The notes beneath the pieces are model-generated. The model was not told the DNA's origin. It ran no database searches and worked only from the letters and a program-made list of their open reading frames with translations. The translations under genes were made by a program, and so were the position numbers. From Chthoniobacterales bacterium (GTDB taxonomy: Bacteria > Verrucomicrobiota > Verrucomicrobiia > Chthoniobacterales > CAKUMP01): a stretch of DNA of 15,605 nt. This document shows, one piece after another, positions 7,284 to 15,271 of the stretch (the stretch's first letter is position 1; each line of letters starts with the position of its first letter). The stretch spans positions 1 through 15,605 of the forward strand of contig JBGTCP010000035.1 in NCBI GenBank assembly GCA_041748815.1, written 5' to 3'.

Positions 7284-8505
7284 AAGGCGTCCGTTTTCTC
7301 TGCAGTCGAGCTGCATAAAATCCGTCAAAAATACCCGTTTCCGGCGTGCGGTGCATGTCGTCTTCCAGCAGCCATTCACCGCTGTGTTCCGCAATGAAAG
7401 CAGCCACCTGCTGTTCATTTTCGCTCGGCAGAATACTGCAGGTGGCGTAAACGAGCTTGCCGCCCGGGCGGACCATCCGGCTGTAGGAATTCAAAATCTC
7501 GGCCTGTAGGTTCAGCAACCGCTCCACTTCCGCATCTGTCATTTTCCATTTGGCATCCGGATTCCGCCGCAGGACGCCGAGCCCTGAGCACGGCACATCC
7601 AGCAAAACGCGGTCCGCACATGCCGCAAATCCGTTGATATCCGCATCGCTGTCAATGACTTTGCTTTCAATGATGCTCACACCGGCGCGGGCCGCGCGCT
7701 TTTCGAGCTCGTCCAGTTTCCACGCATGCACATCCATGGCAATGATGCGGCCCCGGTTCTGCATGAGCGCAGCCAGGTGCAATGCCTTACCGCCTCCTCC
7801 GGCGCAGGCATCCACCACACACTGACCGGGCTCGACGTGAAGAAATGGAGCGATGAGTTGCGATGCGGCATCCTGCACTTCTACGCGGCCATCTTTAAAT
7901 GCGCGGCTGGCCGAGACCTTGCCCCGGCTCGCGAGTTGCAAGGCGTACGGCACGTGAGGCACCTGCTCTGTTTGAAAACCCTCCTCCAGCAGCCGCTGTT
8001 GCGCTTCAGGTATATCATTCTTCAGTGTGTTCACGCGCAAAAACACAGGCGCCGGATGATTCAACGCATCTCGCAGCCCCGGCCATGCGGCACCCAATTC
8101 CGATTGCCCACGATGTTCCAACCAGTCTGGAATCGACGCCCGGATTGCGCATGGCATCTCCCTTTGCGCACGTTGTGAAACAGCAGCGGTGTCTATCCAT
8201 ACGTTAGGCGGCAGTTCCTGCCCGCTGCTCACCCAATAGGCCGCCCAAACTTGAGTCAATTGTTCCCTCGAGATACCGTCCGGCCGGGCATGATCCGCAT
8301 CCGGAAGTCCAGCCAGATACCAATACCATCTCCACCATCGCACACATTCATAGACCGACTCCGCAAACAAGCGCCGGTCGCGGCTGCCCCACTTCGGATG
8401 CTCTTTAAGCGCAACCGCAACCACCCGGTCCGCATACCGTGCATCGACAAAAATCGATCCCAGCGCGGAGACGATTTCAGCCAGTAGATGAGGCGGCACT
8501 TTCAT
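7264..8505 (-). CDS. rsmB: 16S rRNA (cytosine-C5)-methyltransferase, RsmB/Sun (NOL1/NOP2) family
   Basis: 413-aa ORF. It has a NusB-like N-terminal region, the SAM-binding block VVDACAGGGGK, and catalytic blocks LLDVPCSGLGVLRRNPD and LVYATCSILPSENE with the two conserved Cys. Its 3' end overlaps the dps 3' end by 20 bp in convergent orientation. The RsmB versus RsmF assignment is not certain. Confidence 0.85.
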   Translation of the reverse strand: MKVPPHLLAEIVSALGSIFVDARYADRVVAVALKEHPKWGSRDRRLFAESVYECVRWWRWYWYLAGLPDADHARPDGISREQLTQVWAAYWVSSGQELPPNVWIDTAAVSQRAQREMPCAIRASIPDWLEHRGQSELGAAWPGLRDALNHPAPVFLRVNTLKNDIPEAQQRLLEEGFQTEQVPHVPYALQLASRGKVSASRAFKDGRVEVQDAASQLIAPFLHVEPGQCVVDACAGGGGKALHLAALMQNRGRIIAMDVHAWKLDELEKRAARAGVSIIESKVIDSDADINGFAACADRVLLDVPCSGLGVLRRNPDAKWKMTDAEVERLLNLQAEILNSYSRMVRPGGKLVYATCSILPSENEQQVAAFIAEHSGEWLLEDDMHRTPETGIFDGFYAARLQRKRTPSISKSS

Positions 8506-8591
8506 CTCTTGGCGATACCCTCCTGTCGCGCCTCATGCAAGCGTTCAGGAGCAAGGTTGATTTTCAAACGCCGGATCGATAGAATTTCTGT

Positions 8592-8880
8592 GTGTCACAA
8601 CTATCGCCTGCTTTGCCTCCCGAGGTTCCAGATTTCTTAGATCCGATGAGGATTTACAAACCCGTCTTTGAGAAAGAAGCTGTGCTCACGGCTCTAGCGC
8701 GGCGAGAGGAGGCAATCCCACATTTGATTGCGTCGATTGAGTGGGCCACGAAGCACTTGGACGACGAGGATAACGAGGAAATCCCGGATTATATACTTCC
8801 ACTCGAAAATTGGACGTAACGATCCGTGTCCATGTGATAGCGGAAGGAAATACAAAAAGTGCTGCGGCGGCGCGAAGTGA
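8592..8880 (+). pseudogene. small SEC-C metal-binding motif protein disrupted by a +1 frameshift in an A4 homopolymer (either a real pseudogene or a homopolymer sequencing error)
   Basis: Frame 0 ORF 8592..8819 ends in ..[10 protein letters not shown]. Downstream, in the +1 frame, the sequence reads [23 protein letters not shown] (8809-8880), a textbook SEC-C zinc motif like the SecA C-terminus. Deleting one A from aaaa (8806-8809) fuses them into ...[27 protein letters not shown]. Confidence 0.6.
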
Positions 8881-8918
8881 TGTAATTTACCCCCAGAAGA
8901 GCTGGAAATTCTTAGAGA

Positions 8919-9398
8919 TCACCCGTGATCGACCTGATCCCACTCCCTCCGGAGTTTGATTTCCGTGCGCGGATAGGCCGGGAAGATTTTTCCTTGATGC
9001 TCCGGCTTAGCAAGTTCATTGCTCAACTCCACATTCAGTTCGCTGGCCCATCGGCGTCGCGCCCGGGCTTCCACCAGATATCGCACGGTGCAATCGGTCC
9101 ATGCCTCTGCGAGAGTCACGAATACCAGCGGTTCTTCCGCGACATCGAACGCCAGACGCGCATGTTGCAACAAATCCTGATATTGCGCGATCGGCACAGC
9201 CATCCTGTCGCCAATGACGGCGGCCGCCTTGTCGCGCAGCACCCGCATCGTGTAGATCATGTCGCTCTCGCTACTGATCGAGATGATCACCTCGTCCCAG
9301 ACAAACGGGAAATCGCGTGTGTAATTCACGATATTGGATCGCAGAATCCATGAGATGATTTTTCCGGCCACCGCCGCGAGCGCAATCAAGACGACCAT
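8919..9398 (-). CDS. MscS-family mechanosensitive channel C-terminal (cytoplasmic) domain protein, apparently N-terminally truncated; possible gene remnant
   Basis: AGKIISWILRSNIVNYTRDFPFVWDEVIISISSESD... aligns with E. coli MscS [30 protein letters not shown].... The later block ..TDCTVRYLVEARARRRWASELNVELSNE...IFPAYPRTEI matches the MscS C-terminal alpha/beta domain ending ..FPYPQ.... No transmembrane region or TM3 pore helix is present. All three upstream frames hit stops within about 70 nt. The ATG at 9398 gives 159 aa; the track's TTG start is at 9416. Confidence 0.5.
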   Translation of the reverse strand: MVVLIALAAVAGKIISWILRSNIVNYTRDFPFVWDEVIISISSESDMIYTMRVLRDKAAAVIGDRMAVPIAQYQDLLQHARLAFDVAEEPLVFVTLAEAWTDCTVRYLVEARARRRWASELNVELSNELAKPEHQGKIFPAYPRTEIKLRREWDQVDHG

Positions 9399-9403
9399 GA
9401 TCA

Positions 9404-9655
9404 GAAGCCTGGGCAAAAAGCGTACCCCGTTGCCATCAGCTGGCGGATGGTCTCGACCGATTCCTCAAGCGCCATGCCCTGACTCTCAGGCACTTTTACC
9501 GTTTCCAAAATCCCTGGCTCGGTGTCCTCCTGGGCTGCCACATTTCCTCCCTGTCCCCCAATCATCAACAACAGCGCTGTGATCGCGACTGCCAGCATCG
9601 TTCCCTGCCGGTAGCGGCGCAGACGCCCCTTGGCACGGCTTTGAAGCTGTTTCAT
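9404..9655 (-). CDS. hypothetical small protein (84 aa) with an N-terminal signal-peptide or TM-like segment
   Basis: ATG at 9655. MKQLQSRAKGRLRRYRQGTMLAVAITALLLMIGG.. has a positively charged n-region and a hydrophobic h-region. Its stop (9401-9403) is 2 nt before the ATG of the MscS-like ORF, an operon-like coupling. No recognisable homology, so confidence is low. Confidence 0.3.
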
Positions 9656-9902
9656 CGATCGTGATAGCCTCCGATTCCCGAGCATTCCTCCCGGGCCTCG
9701 GGTCTGTCGACGGATGGGCTTTCGCGGAGTAGCCCTTTCTGTGCGGCGCGCCCGCGACACTGGAGCCCGGTTGTGCTGGTTGTCTTGCATGATATCCTCG
9801 TGGTCGCACGCGACCGCTTTTGTTCCCGTATGGATCGCATCCGGCCATGGAGATCCGTGTCTCCAGCAATGGAGGGCGGACATTCCTGTCCGGCACTTAC
9901 GC

Positions 9903-12900
9903 CTAGCGCCAATTCAGCACTTCGAGCCGCATGAAACGCTCTTTGGGTTGCGGGCTAATCGGAAGATCCCCGACTGTATAGCGCACGAGGCCCGCGTTGT
10001 TGTCGACTTCGGTCATTACAGACTCTACGTTTGGCCCGTCCCAGATGAGCTCGCCGAATGGACTTGCGCGGAGTTCGGCGACCATTGTCCATCCCACGAG
10101 GTCGTCCCCAGCCATCACCCGGTAGTGCAAGCCCGAGTGCAGACCGATGGGTGTGCTGAACGAAAAATTAAGCCTCCCCGAGGAAGAGTCAATTTCCCCG
10201 CTCGGAATCCCGGAGGCGTTGAATGAATTGCGCGGGTCAAGCCCCAAAGCTCGCTCCATCAGGTTCACCAGACGGTCGCCATCGGGATCGACCGTGTCGC
10301 CCGATACCAGCGGATCTTCCGAATCATCTGGAAAATGTTCCTGCAGCCATGCCTGGTAATTGTCACGAACCTGGAGATCTACAGGGATCACGTTGAAGAT
10401 TCCAAGACGGTTTGCCGCCCGGAGTTCTCCATGAATCCAGCCCGGATTCCAACTCGTGGCCGGAACTGCCAGCACAAGATCGAGACCGTTTAATCCCAAC
10501 CAATGGGACTCTTGATTCCACGATAATGACAATGGGCTAAGGTCTTCGGCGTCTGTAAGTTCCAAAGTCGCCACACGGGCACCGACCGGCATGTTTTCCG
10601 GGAATTGGTCGGGCATCGGTCTCGCCAACCGGGGTCCGTCAATGATTGGATTGGCGGCTACATTGCTGTAAACCGGGGAGCCGATAAACTCCAAGTTCGG
10701 GCCGAGTGGCAGAGCCGCTTGGTGCGCATAAAGTTGGTGCCCGTTATCAGAGCCCGAGGAAAAAATCAACCGCCCGCCATGCACGCGCATCGCCCGCGGA
10801 TTTCCTTCTGAGGGACGCTGAGTGAGCGCCCGTGACTGGAGAGAAAAAAGTCCGCGTTCAGCCGGACTTTTGTCTGCCGAGAAATACAACCTGCCGGCAT
10901 ATTCGGTGAAGTCGTCGAGGTTGTCGATTAGGACGGAATCGACAATGTTCCATTGGCTAGCGTGGCTTCGAAATAAGTGCGGCTCTAAGCCACCAGCAGC
11001 TGCGTATAAATCACCCTGGAAGGAAAACAAGCGCTTGGTATTCTGAGGAGTACTTATTTGGCTGAGCGAGCTTGGGGTCCACAGCGAAAAAATTGCACTC
11101 TCGCCATCTTGTTGCCCCAGACCGTGCAGCCTGCCTTGATGTAGCGTTAAATGCTCAATAAGGTCCGGGGTATCAAAGATCTCCCGGAAGTTGGAATCCA
11201 CATCGTTCAACCACACCAACTCATCTGGAACACCCGGCATCACCTTCACGCAATATAGGCCGCCTGGCATCGCGATGACTGAGTGGAAATTCTCCGCCGC
11301 ATCCAGCTGGCGGACTTCATTCTCTGGCCCCACGACGAAGAATCCGCGGCCTCCTTCGGCGAGGGCCGCGTGGAAATATGTCCAGCCTCGCCAACCGGTA
11401 AAGTCCTGCGGGTCACCCGTGGCACCCGGAATTTCGATAAAGTCGGCGTCCTGTGTTTGTCCATAGGTAAGCCCCAAATGCCAGACACCCTCGCGGATCG
11501 CAGAAAAGAACGCCCGCCCACCATAGTCGAATAAAAGACTACCTTGAGAATCCTCGGAGATTGCGGCAATCTTGCCTTCCTGCCCTGAAGCAAGTCGAGC
11601 ATGCAGATCCCGTTCGCCATTTTCGTTCAGTGCATTCCAGTAAAGTCCTCCACGAAAGCTGCCGAACGCCCTTGGGTCGACCGTTGGATATTCTTCTTGT
11701 GTCCACCACTCCCCCGCCGGAAGCCGCATCGCTCTGCGACCCTCCCAACCTTCCGCTGAAAACCAGATTTCATTGTTCCATCGTTGAAAGTCCTGCGGGA
11801 AATGTGCCTCAGCCGGATCAACCCATTGCATCCCCACCTGCGTAGCCACGTCGCGGTCAACCACGAAGAGCGTCCGTCCATCGGGACTCGTATTTGCGGC
11901 GTGCGGGAGCCTGGGTGATACCGCATCGGAGGTTGCAATGATGCCACTGGTCGCCGCCGCAGGAAAAGGACCGCCCCATGGCCCATATTCTTTAGGAGCC
12001 CCTTGGATAGACGCGCCCGATACGACGAGCCCGTCCCATTTACCCGCACCAACGATGCCTGGCGCAAACGACCCCACGCTTCGCCAGATGTCAGCCTCCG
12101 AAGCCTGCCCGAATAGCTCGACCAGGTGAAACCACTGTCGTTCATCATACTCTTGATGAATCCAAAAATCCCGGCCCATGGAGTGGACCGAGAGAGTCCT
12201 GCCCCCCGGTTGCAAGGTGGTTCCGTTCAGTGGATCTGCAAAATCAAACACGCGCAATGTTCCCTCTTCCGAGTCTTCCCAGCATATGCCCGCGTCCTCG
12301 CCGAGAATGATGCCTGCGGAACCTCCGAAATTTGGTGGATGAATTACAAGGTGTGCGCCTGCCACAAGCGCGACTCGCACCGAGGCCTGACCGCTTGCGT
12401 TTTCGACGGACCACGCTGCCAGATGATCATTCGCAACCAGGTGCCTCGCCGTGCCTGGAACTTGACGCGTGGATGGATTGTCGAACTGCGCAAGCGGCCC
12501 ATCGCGAAGCTGAGCCATAGGGCCTGTAGTTTGGTGTTCAGTGGACGCCATCCAAATGCGCCCCCCCGCAATTGCCAATCCTGCCATGGTGGAATTTGCT
12601 CTCTGCCAAATTGTGGTCGGTGGAAGTGAGGGGCTAAGCCGGGTGACCCGTGCCGTAGGAAGGGTGCCCCCAATCGTCATTGCCCAATACGCAACTCCTG
12701 ATTCCACGTGCAAGGCGGCTGGCGTCGCATTGCCAATTGGAAAGAGTGCCGTAGCCGAATTTTGCAGCGGGTCCGCATAATAGATGACCGCACCCCCGTT
12801 ATCCCGCACGACCCAATAAACTGTCTTGCCGCAGGTTTCCAATGCAGCCGATTTCGCCCCGGGAGCTGATCGCGCCGCAAGCTGTCGCACAGAACCATCA

Positions 12901-13211
12901 GCGGCATTCTCGCGATAAAGAATGGCCGCACCTGCATGCTCCACAGCCCAGAAAGCCACCCCTTCACAAATGACCAGCCCGGCAGTCGTCCCGGGCCTGG
13001 TGTCGATGAGCCGTGGTGTGCGCCCGAGATCATCAATGCAATAAAGCGCCGTCTGGCCGTTAGCGAGGTCCGCTCCCACATAAATGAGTTCACCACTTGG
13101 CGGCCCCGCAGTCGCGCCGCTCAATGTCAAACTTAGCAGCGCAGCGAGCAACGCGATCAAAGCTCCGTGTGGAAAAAGCCATATCCCCGTCGTCTTGGTC
13201 TGGTGCGGCAT
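9903..13211 (-). CDS. large secreted repeat protein (1102 aa): signal peptide, an N-terminal beta-propeller-like YW repeat region, about eight degenerate ELWxxDGT-like repeats, and a DxDxDG calcium-binding-type motif near the C-terminus
   Basis: The N-terminus MPHQTKTTGIWLFPHGALIALLAALLSLTLSGATAG is Sec-signal-like. There are recurring ~40-aa units such as GRLYFSADKSPAERGLFSLQ, GRLIFSSGSDNGHQLYAHQ, GDLYAAAGGLEPHLFRS, GGLYWNALNENGERDLHARL and GWTYFHAALAEGGRGFFVVG. The C-terminal part contains SGDTVDPDGDRLVNLMERALGLDP, a DxDxDG plus L..EYALG-like motif common in Verrucomicrobia and Planctomycetes surface proteins. The protein ends ...RFMRLEVLNWR. The frame is open without interruption. Confidence 0.8.
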   Translation of the reverse strand: MPHQTKTTGIWLFPHGALIALLAALLSLTLSGATAGPPSGELIYVGADLANGQTALYCIDDLGRTPRLIDTRPGTTAGLVICEGVAFWAVEHAGAAILYRENAADGSVRQLAARSAPGAKSAALETCGKTVYWVVRDNGGAVIYYADPLQNSATALFPIGNATPAALHVESGVAYWAMTIGGTLPTARVTRLSPSLPPTTIWQRANSTMAGLAIAGGRIWMASTEHQTTGPMAQLRDGPLAQFDNPSTRQVPGTARHLVANDHLAAWSVENASGQASVRVALVAGAHLVIHPPNFGGSAGIILGEDAGICWEDSEEGTLRVFDFADPLNGTTLQPGGRTLSVHSMGRDFWIHQEYDERQWFHLVELFGQASEADIWRSVGSFAPGIVGAGKWDGLVVSGASIQGAPKEYGPWGGPFPAAATSGIIATSDAVSPRLPHAANTSPDGRTLFVVDRDVATQVGMQWVDPAEAHFPQDFQRWNNEIWFSAEGWEGRRAMRLPAGEWWTQEEYPTVDPRAFGSFRGGLYWNALNENGERDLHARLASGQEGKIAAISEDSQGSLLFDYGGRAFFSAIREGVWHLGLTYGQTQDADFIEIPGATGDPQDFTGWRGWTYFHAALAEGGRGFFVVGPENEVRQLDAAENFHSVIAMPGGLYCVKVMPGVPDELVWLNDVDSNFREIFDTPDLIEHLTLHQGRLHGLGQQDGESAIFSLWTPSSLSQISTPQNTKRLFSFQGDLYAAAGGLEPHLFRSHASQWNIVDSVLIDNLDDFTEYAGRLYFSADKSPAERGLFSLQSRALTQRPSEGNPRAMRVHGGRLIFSSGSDNGHQLYAHQAALPLGPNLEFIGSPVYSNVAANPIIDGPRLARPMPDQFPENMPVGARVATLELTDAEDLSPLSLSWNQESHWLGLNGLDLVLAVPATSWNPGWIHGELRAANRLGIFNVIPVDLQVRDNYQAWLQEHFPDDSEDPLVSGDTVDPDGDRLVNLMERALGLDPRNSFNASGIPSGEIDSSSGRLNFSFSTPIGLHSGLHYRVMAGDDLVGWTMVAELRASPFGELIWDGPNVESVMTEVDNNAGLVRYTVGDLPISPQPKERFMRLEVLNWR

Positions 13212-13400
13212 AGCAGGAGCAGTGGAAAGTGGCTGACAAAGGTTTGATCTTCGGAAACACCGTGATTGCAGCCTGGCAACTAAGCAAGGCCGGAATCAGC
13301 AAGCGATCAGAATCAGAATGTGATTTGCGTGTCACTGAGCGGGCTGAGTCGTGTCGCATTGTTCGTGCGAACCCCGGAACCCGCAGATACAATTTCACGC

Positions 13401-13760
13401 ATGGATCTGCCGGATGCGATTGCCCATATTCTCTCTAAACCCAAAGCCGAAGAGACCACTCCATTCGGACCGGGTGTCCTGGTTTACAAAGTGGCGGGAA
13501 AAATGTTTGCTCTCACTTCGCCGGATAGTTTCCCGGCATCCCTTAATCTGAAATGTGATCCGGACCGCTCCCTGGAGCTGCGCGACAAATACGAAGCGAT
13601 CACGGCCGGTTATCACATGAACAAAAAGCATTGGAACACGGTGGTGCTCAGTGCCTCAGTGCCCGACAGCCTCATCCGCGAACTCATCGATCATTCCTAC
13701 GAATTGGTGGTCGCATCATTGCCAAAAGCCAAGCAGCAGGACTTCCGCTCCGGGTGTTGA
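13401..13760 (+). CDS. yjbR: MmcQ/YjbR-family protein (DUF419, putative DNA-binding)
   Basis: 119 aa from the ATG at 13401: ..VLVYKVAGKMFALTSPDSFPASLNLKCDPDRSLELRDKYEAITAGYHMNKKHWNTVVLSASVPDSLIRELIDHSYELVVASLPK.. is a near-consensus YjbR/MmcQ signature (GYHMNKKHWNTV, LIDHSY). The longer track ORF from 13320 starts on a non-ATG codon. Confidence 0.85.
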   Translation: MDLPDAIAHILSKPKAEETTPFGPGVLVYKVAGKMFALTSPDSFPASLNLKCDPDRSLELRDKYEAITAGYHMNKKHWNTVVLSASVPDSLIRELIDHSYELVVASLPKAKQQDFRSGC

Positions 13761-13822
13761 TGAATTACTTTTCCCGCATTGTCGGTAACCGCATGTAATC
13801 TTTCGAAGAACCCTGTTAGCGC

Positions 13823-15082
13823 TTAGAGTTCCCAGAGCTTGGAAATGGGCACAGCTAAAATGTTTGGTGCCTTGTTCAAAGGCAGGCTCGCTTTTCCGTC
13901 ATAGAACACGATTCCCGATTGAAAACGCTCTCCAGCAATGTGGGCGAGCTTAAGCAAGCCGTTCATATCTCGCGAAGATGCGCTGGAAGCAGCTTTGATT
14001 TCGATACCCCAGATTCTATTTCGGGATTCAATGACGATATCGACTTCGGTTTTGTCGCGGTCACGGTAATGGAAAAAACGGGGAGGCCGAGGCATCCAGT
14101 CTGCCATGGCGACGAGTTGCTGGAGGATATAAGATTCCAACAAGTGGCCGAAACGCGGACGCTCCTCGTTCCACTGATTGTCTTCCAAATCGCCAAGGGT
14201 GGAAGCGAGTCCGGAGTCAACGAAGTGAAGCTTTGGTGTCTTCACCAGCCGTTTGCTGCGGTTGCTATGCCACGCTGGCAGGCGGCGGATGAGGAAGAGC
14301 CGTTCCAGTAAGGTTAGATAGCGATCGACTGTGGCGCGCGAATGGCCAAGGTCCTGCGAGATGGCACTGTGATTGAGAAGCTGCGCAGTTCGGCTCTCGA
14401 GAAAACCCAGAAGACGGACTAGGTCGCTGACGTCTTTAACCTTAGCGAGGTCGCGAATATCCCTTTCCACCACTGATTGGATGTAATTGCGCCGCCAGCG
14501 ATCCGCCCGGTATGAATCCCGTTTTACCGAATCCGGGTAACCGCCCGCCACCAGCAGACGCGGCAGTTCCGAAGGCTTGGGTTTTCCGGAGGGTGTGATT
14601 TCCGAGTGCAGATCTCCGGCCAAAAATGTTTCTAGAAATCGCCCGGCCGATTTCCGAATCTCAGATTCGGTTAACGGGTGGAGGTGCAAGCTCTCCATCC
14701 GGCCGGCAAGGGAATCCGCCAGACGGGGCAACTGCAGCAAATTCGCGGAACCGGTCAGCAGGAAACGACCGGCCTTGCGGTTTGCATCCACGCTGCGTTT
14801 GATGGCCAGCGCGAGATCTGGAGCGCGCTGCACCTCATCGATCGCGGCCTTCTCCGGCAGACCATCCACAAAACCTTCCGGGTCCTGCCGCGCGAGATCC
14901 AGGTAGATCTTGTCATCGAGACTGACATAGTAGCGATCCGGCTCGCAATGTCGCGCCAGCGTGGATTTTCCACACTGCCGGGGTCCGAGCAGGCAAACCA
15001 CCGGAGTGTCAGACAGAGCCGCTTCAACCGCCCCTCGGAGATGGCGGGGCAAGTATATCTCATCTGACGCATTGTTTATCAT
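13823..15082 (-). CDS. ATP-binding protein, AAA_14 + DUF4143 family (AAA+ superfamily ATPase of unknown function)
   Basis: 419 aa. Walker A VCLLGPRQCGKSTLAR near the N-terminus. Walker B-like FLLTGSANLL. The characteristic DUF4143 C-terminal region (..VDSGL...EIKA.. restriction-endonuclease-like fold) is present. Confidence 0.9.
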   Translation of the reverse strand: MINNASDEIYLPRHLRGAVEAALSDTPVVCLLGPRQCGKSTLARHCEPDRYYVSLDDKIYLDLARQDPEGFVDGLPEKAAIDEVQRAPDLALAIKRSVDANRKAGRFLLTGSANLLQLPRLADSLAGRMESLHLHPLTESEIRKSAGRFLETFLAGDLHSEITPSGKPKPSELPRLLVAGGYPDSVKRDSYRADRWRRNYIQSVVERDIRDLAKVKDVSDLVRLLGFLESRTAQLLNHSAISQDLGHSRATVDRYLTLLERLFLIRRLPAWHSNRSKRLVKTPKLHFVDSGLASTLGDLEDNQWNEERPRFGHLLESYILQQLVAMADWMPRPPRFFHYRDRDKTEVDIVIESRNRIWGIEIKAASSASSRDMNGLLKLAHIAGERFQSGIVFYDGKASLPLNKAPNILAVPISKLWEL

Positions 15083-15085
15083 TCC

Positions 15086-15177
15086 CGGCTAATTGCTACC
15101 TGTAGCTACGGCTAATTGCAACATGAAAGCGCGGCTGATTGCTACTTTGACCCCCGGCTGATTGCAACATGAGGCTC
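15086..15177. repeat. four phased 23-bp tandem direct repeats (organised as 2 x 46 bp) with core CGGCT(A/G)ATTGC(T/A)AC, located 4 nt to 95 nt upstream of the DUF4143 ATPase start codon
   Basis: R1 15086 cggctaattgctacctgtagcta; R2 15109 cggctaattgcaacatgaaagcg; R3 15132 cggctgattgctactttgacccc; R4 15155 cggctgattgcaacatgaggctc. The period is exactly 23 bp. R1 and R3 share ttgctac; R2 and R4 share ttgcaacatga. Confidence 0.75.
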
Positions 15178-15271
15178 AAAGGAGGGTGGACCTTCCTGTC
15201 CCCCCCAACTTGACCAAAGCGGGTGCCACGGAACGCATTCTTACATCTGCGCCCACCCGCAACCTCTCCTA

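Noticed and set aside
8917-8930. Palindrome gatcac-cc-gtgatc overlapping the stop codon of the MscS-like ORF
   Set aside because: The 6-bp arms could be a small terminator stem or a protein site. No T-tract follows on the relevant strand. It is too short to interpret and is recorded only as a minor observation.
9656-9883. N-terminal 76 aa of the 160-aa track ORF (MSALHCWRHG...) upstream of the MKQLQ start
   Set aside because: It begins on a non-ATG codon and is Arg/Pro-rich with no hydrophobic or structured character. The ATG at 9655 followed by a signal-peptide-like segment is the more plausible start. The upstream part was treated as non-coding or decayed sequence.
9486-10226. ORFs 9486..9896(-), 9652..9912(-) and 9714..10226(+)
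   Set aside because: The translations are Arg/Gly/Pro-rich nonsense. They overlap either the small ORF, the MscS-fragment locus or the 3' end of the large secreted-protein gene.
10147-13136. Multiple 60-170-aa ORFs on both strands inside 9903..13211
   Set aside because: They are nested within the uninterrupted 1102-aa ORF, which has a signal peptide and coherent repeat architecture. None has motifs of its own.
13090-13438. Small ORFs 13090..13398(-), 13229..13438(+) and 13351..13551(+) in the divergent promoter region and the yjbR 5' end
   Set aside because: They overlap each other or the yjbR start. They have no homology signal and sit where divergent promoters are expected.
15086-15177. 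Possibility that the 23-bp repeats are a mini CRISPR array
   Set aside because: The variable segments are only 8 nt and are part of the same 23-bp period. There is no repeat-spacer architecture, and no cas genes were recognised in the window.
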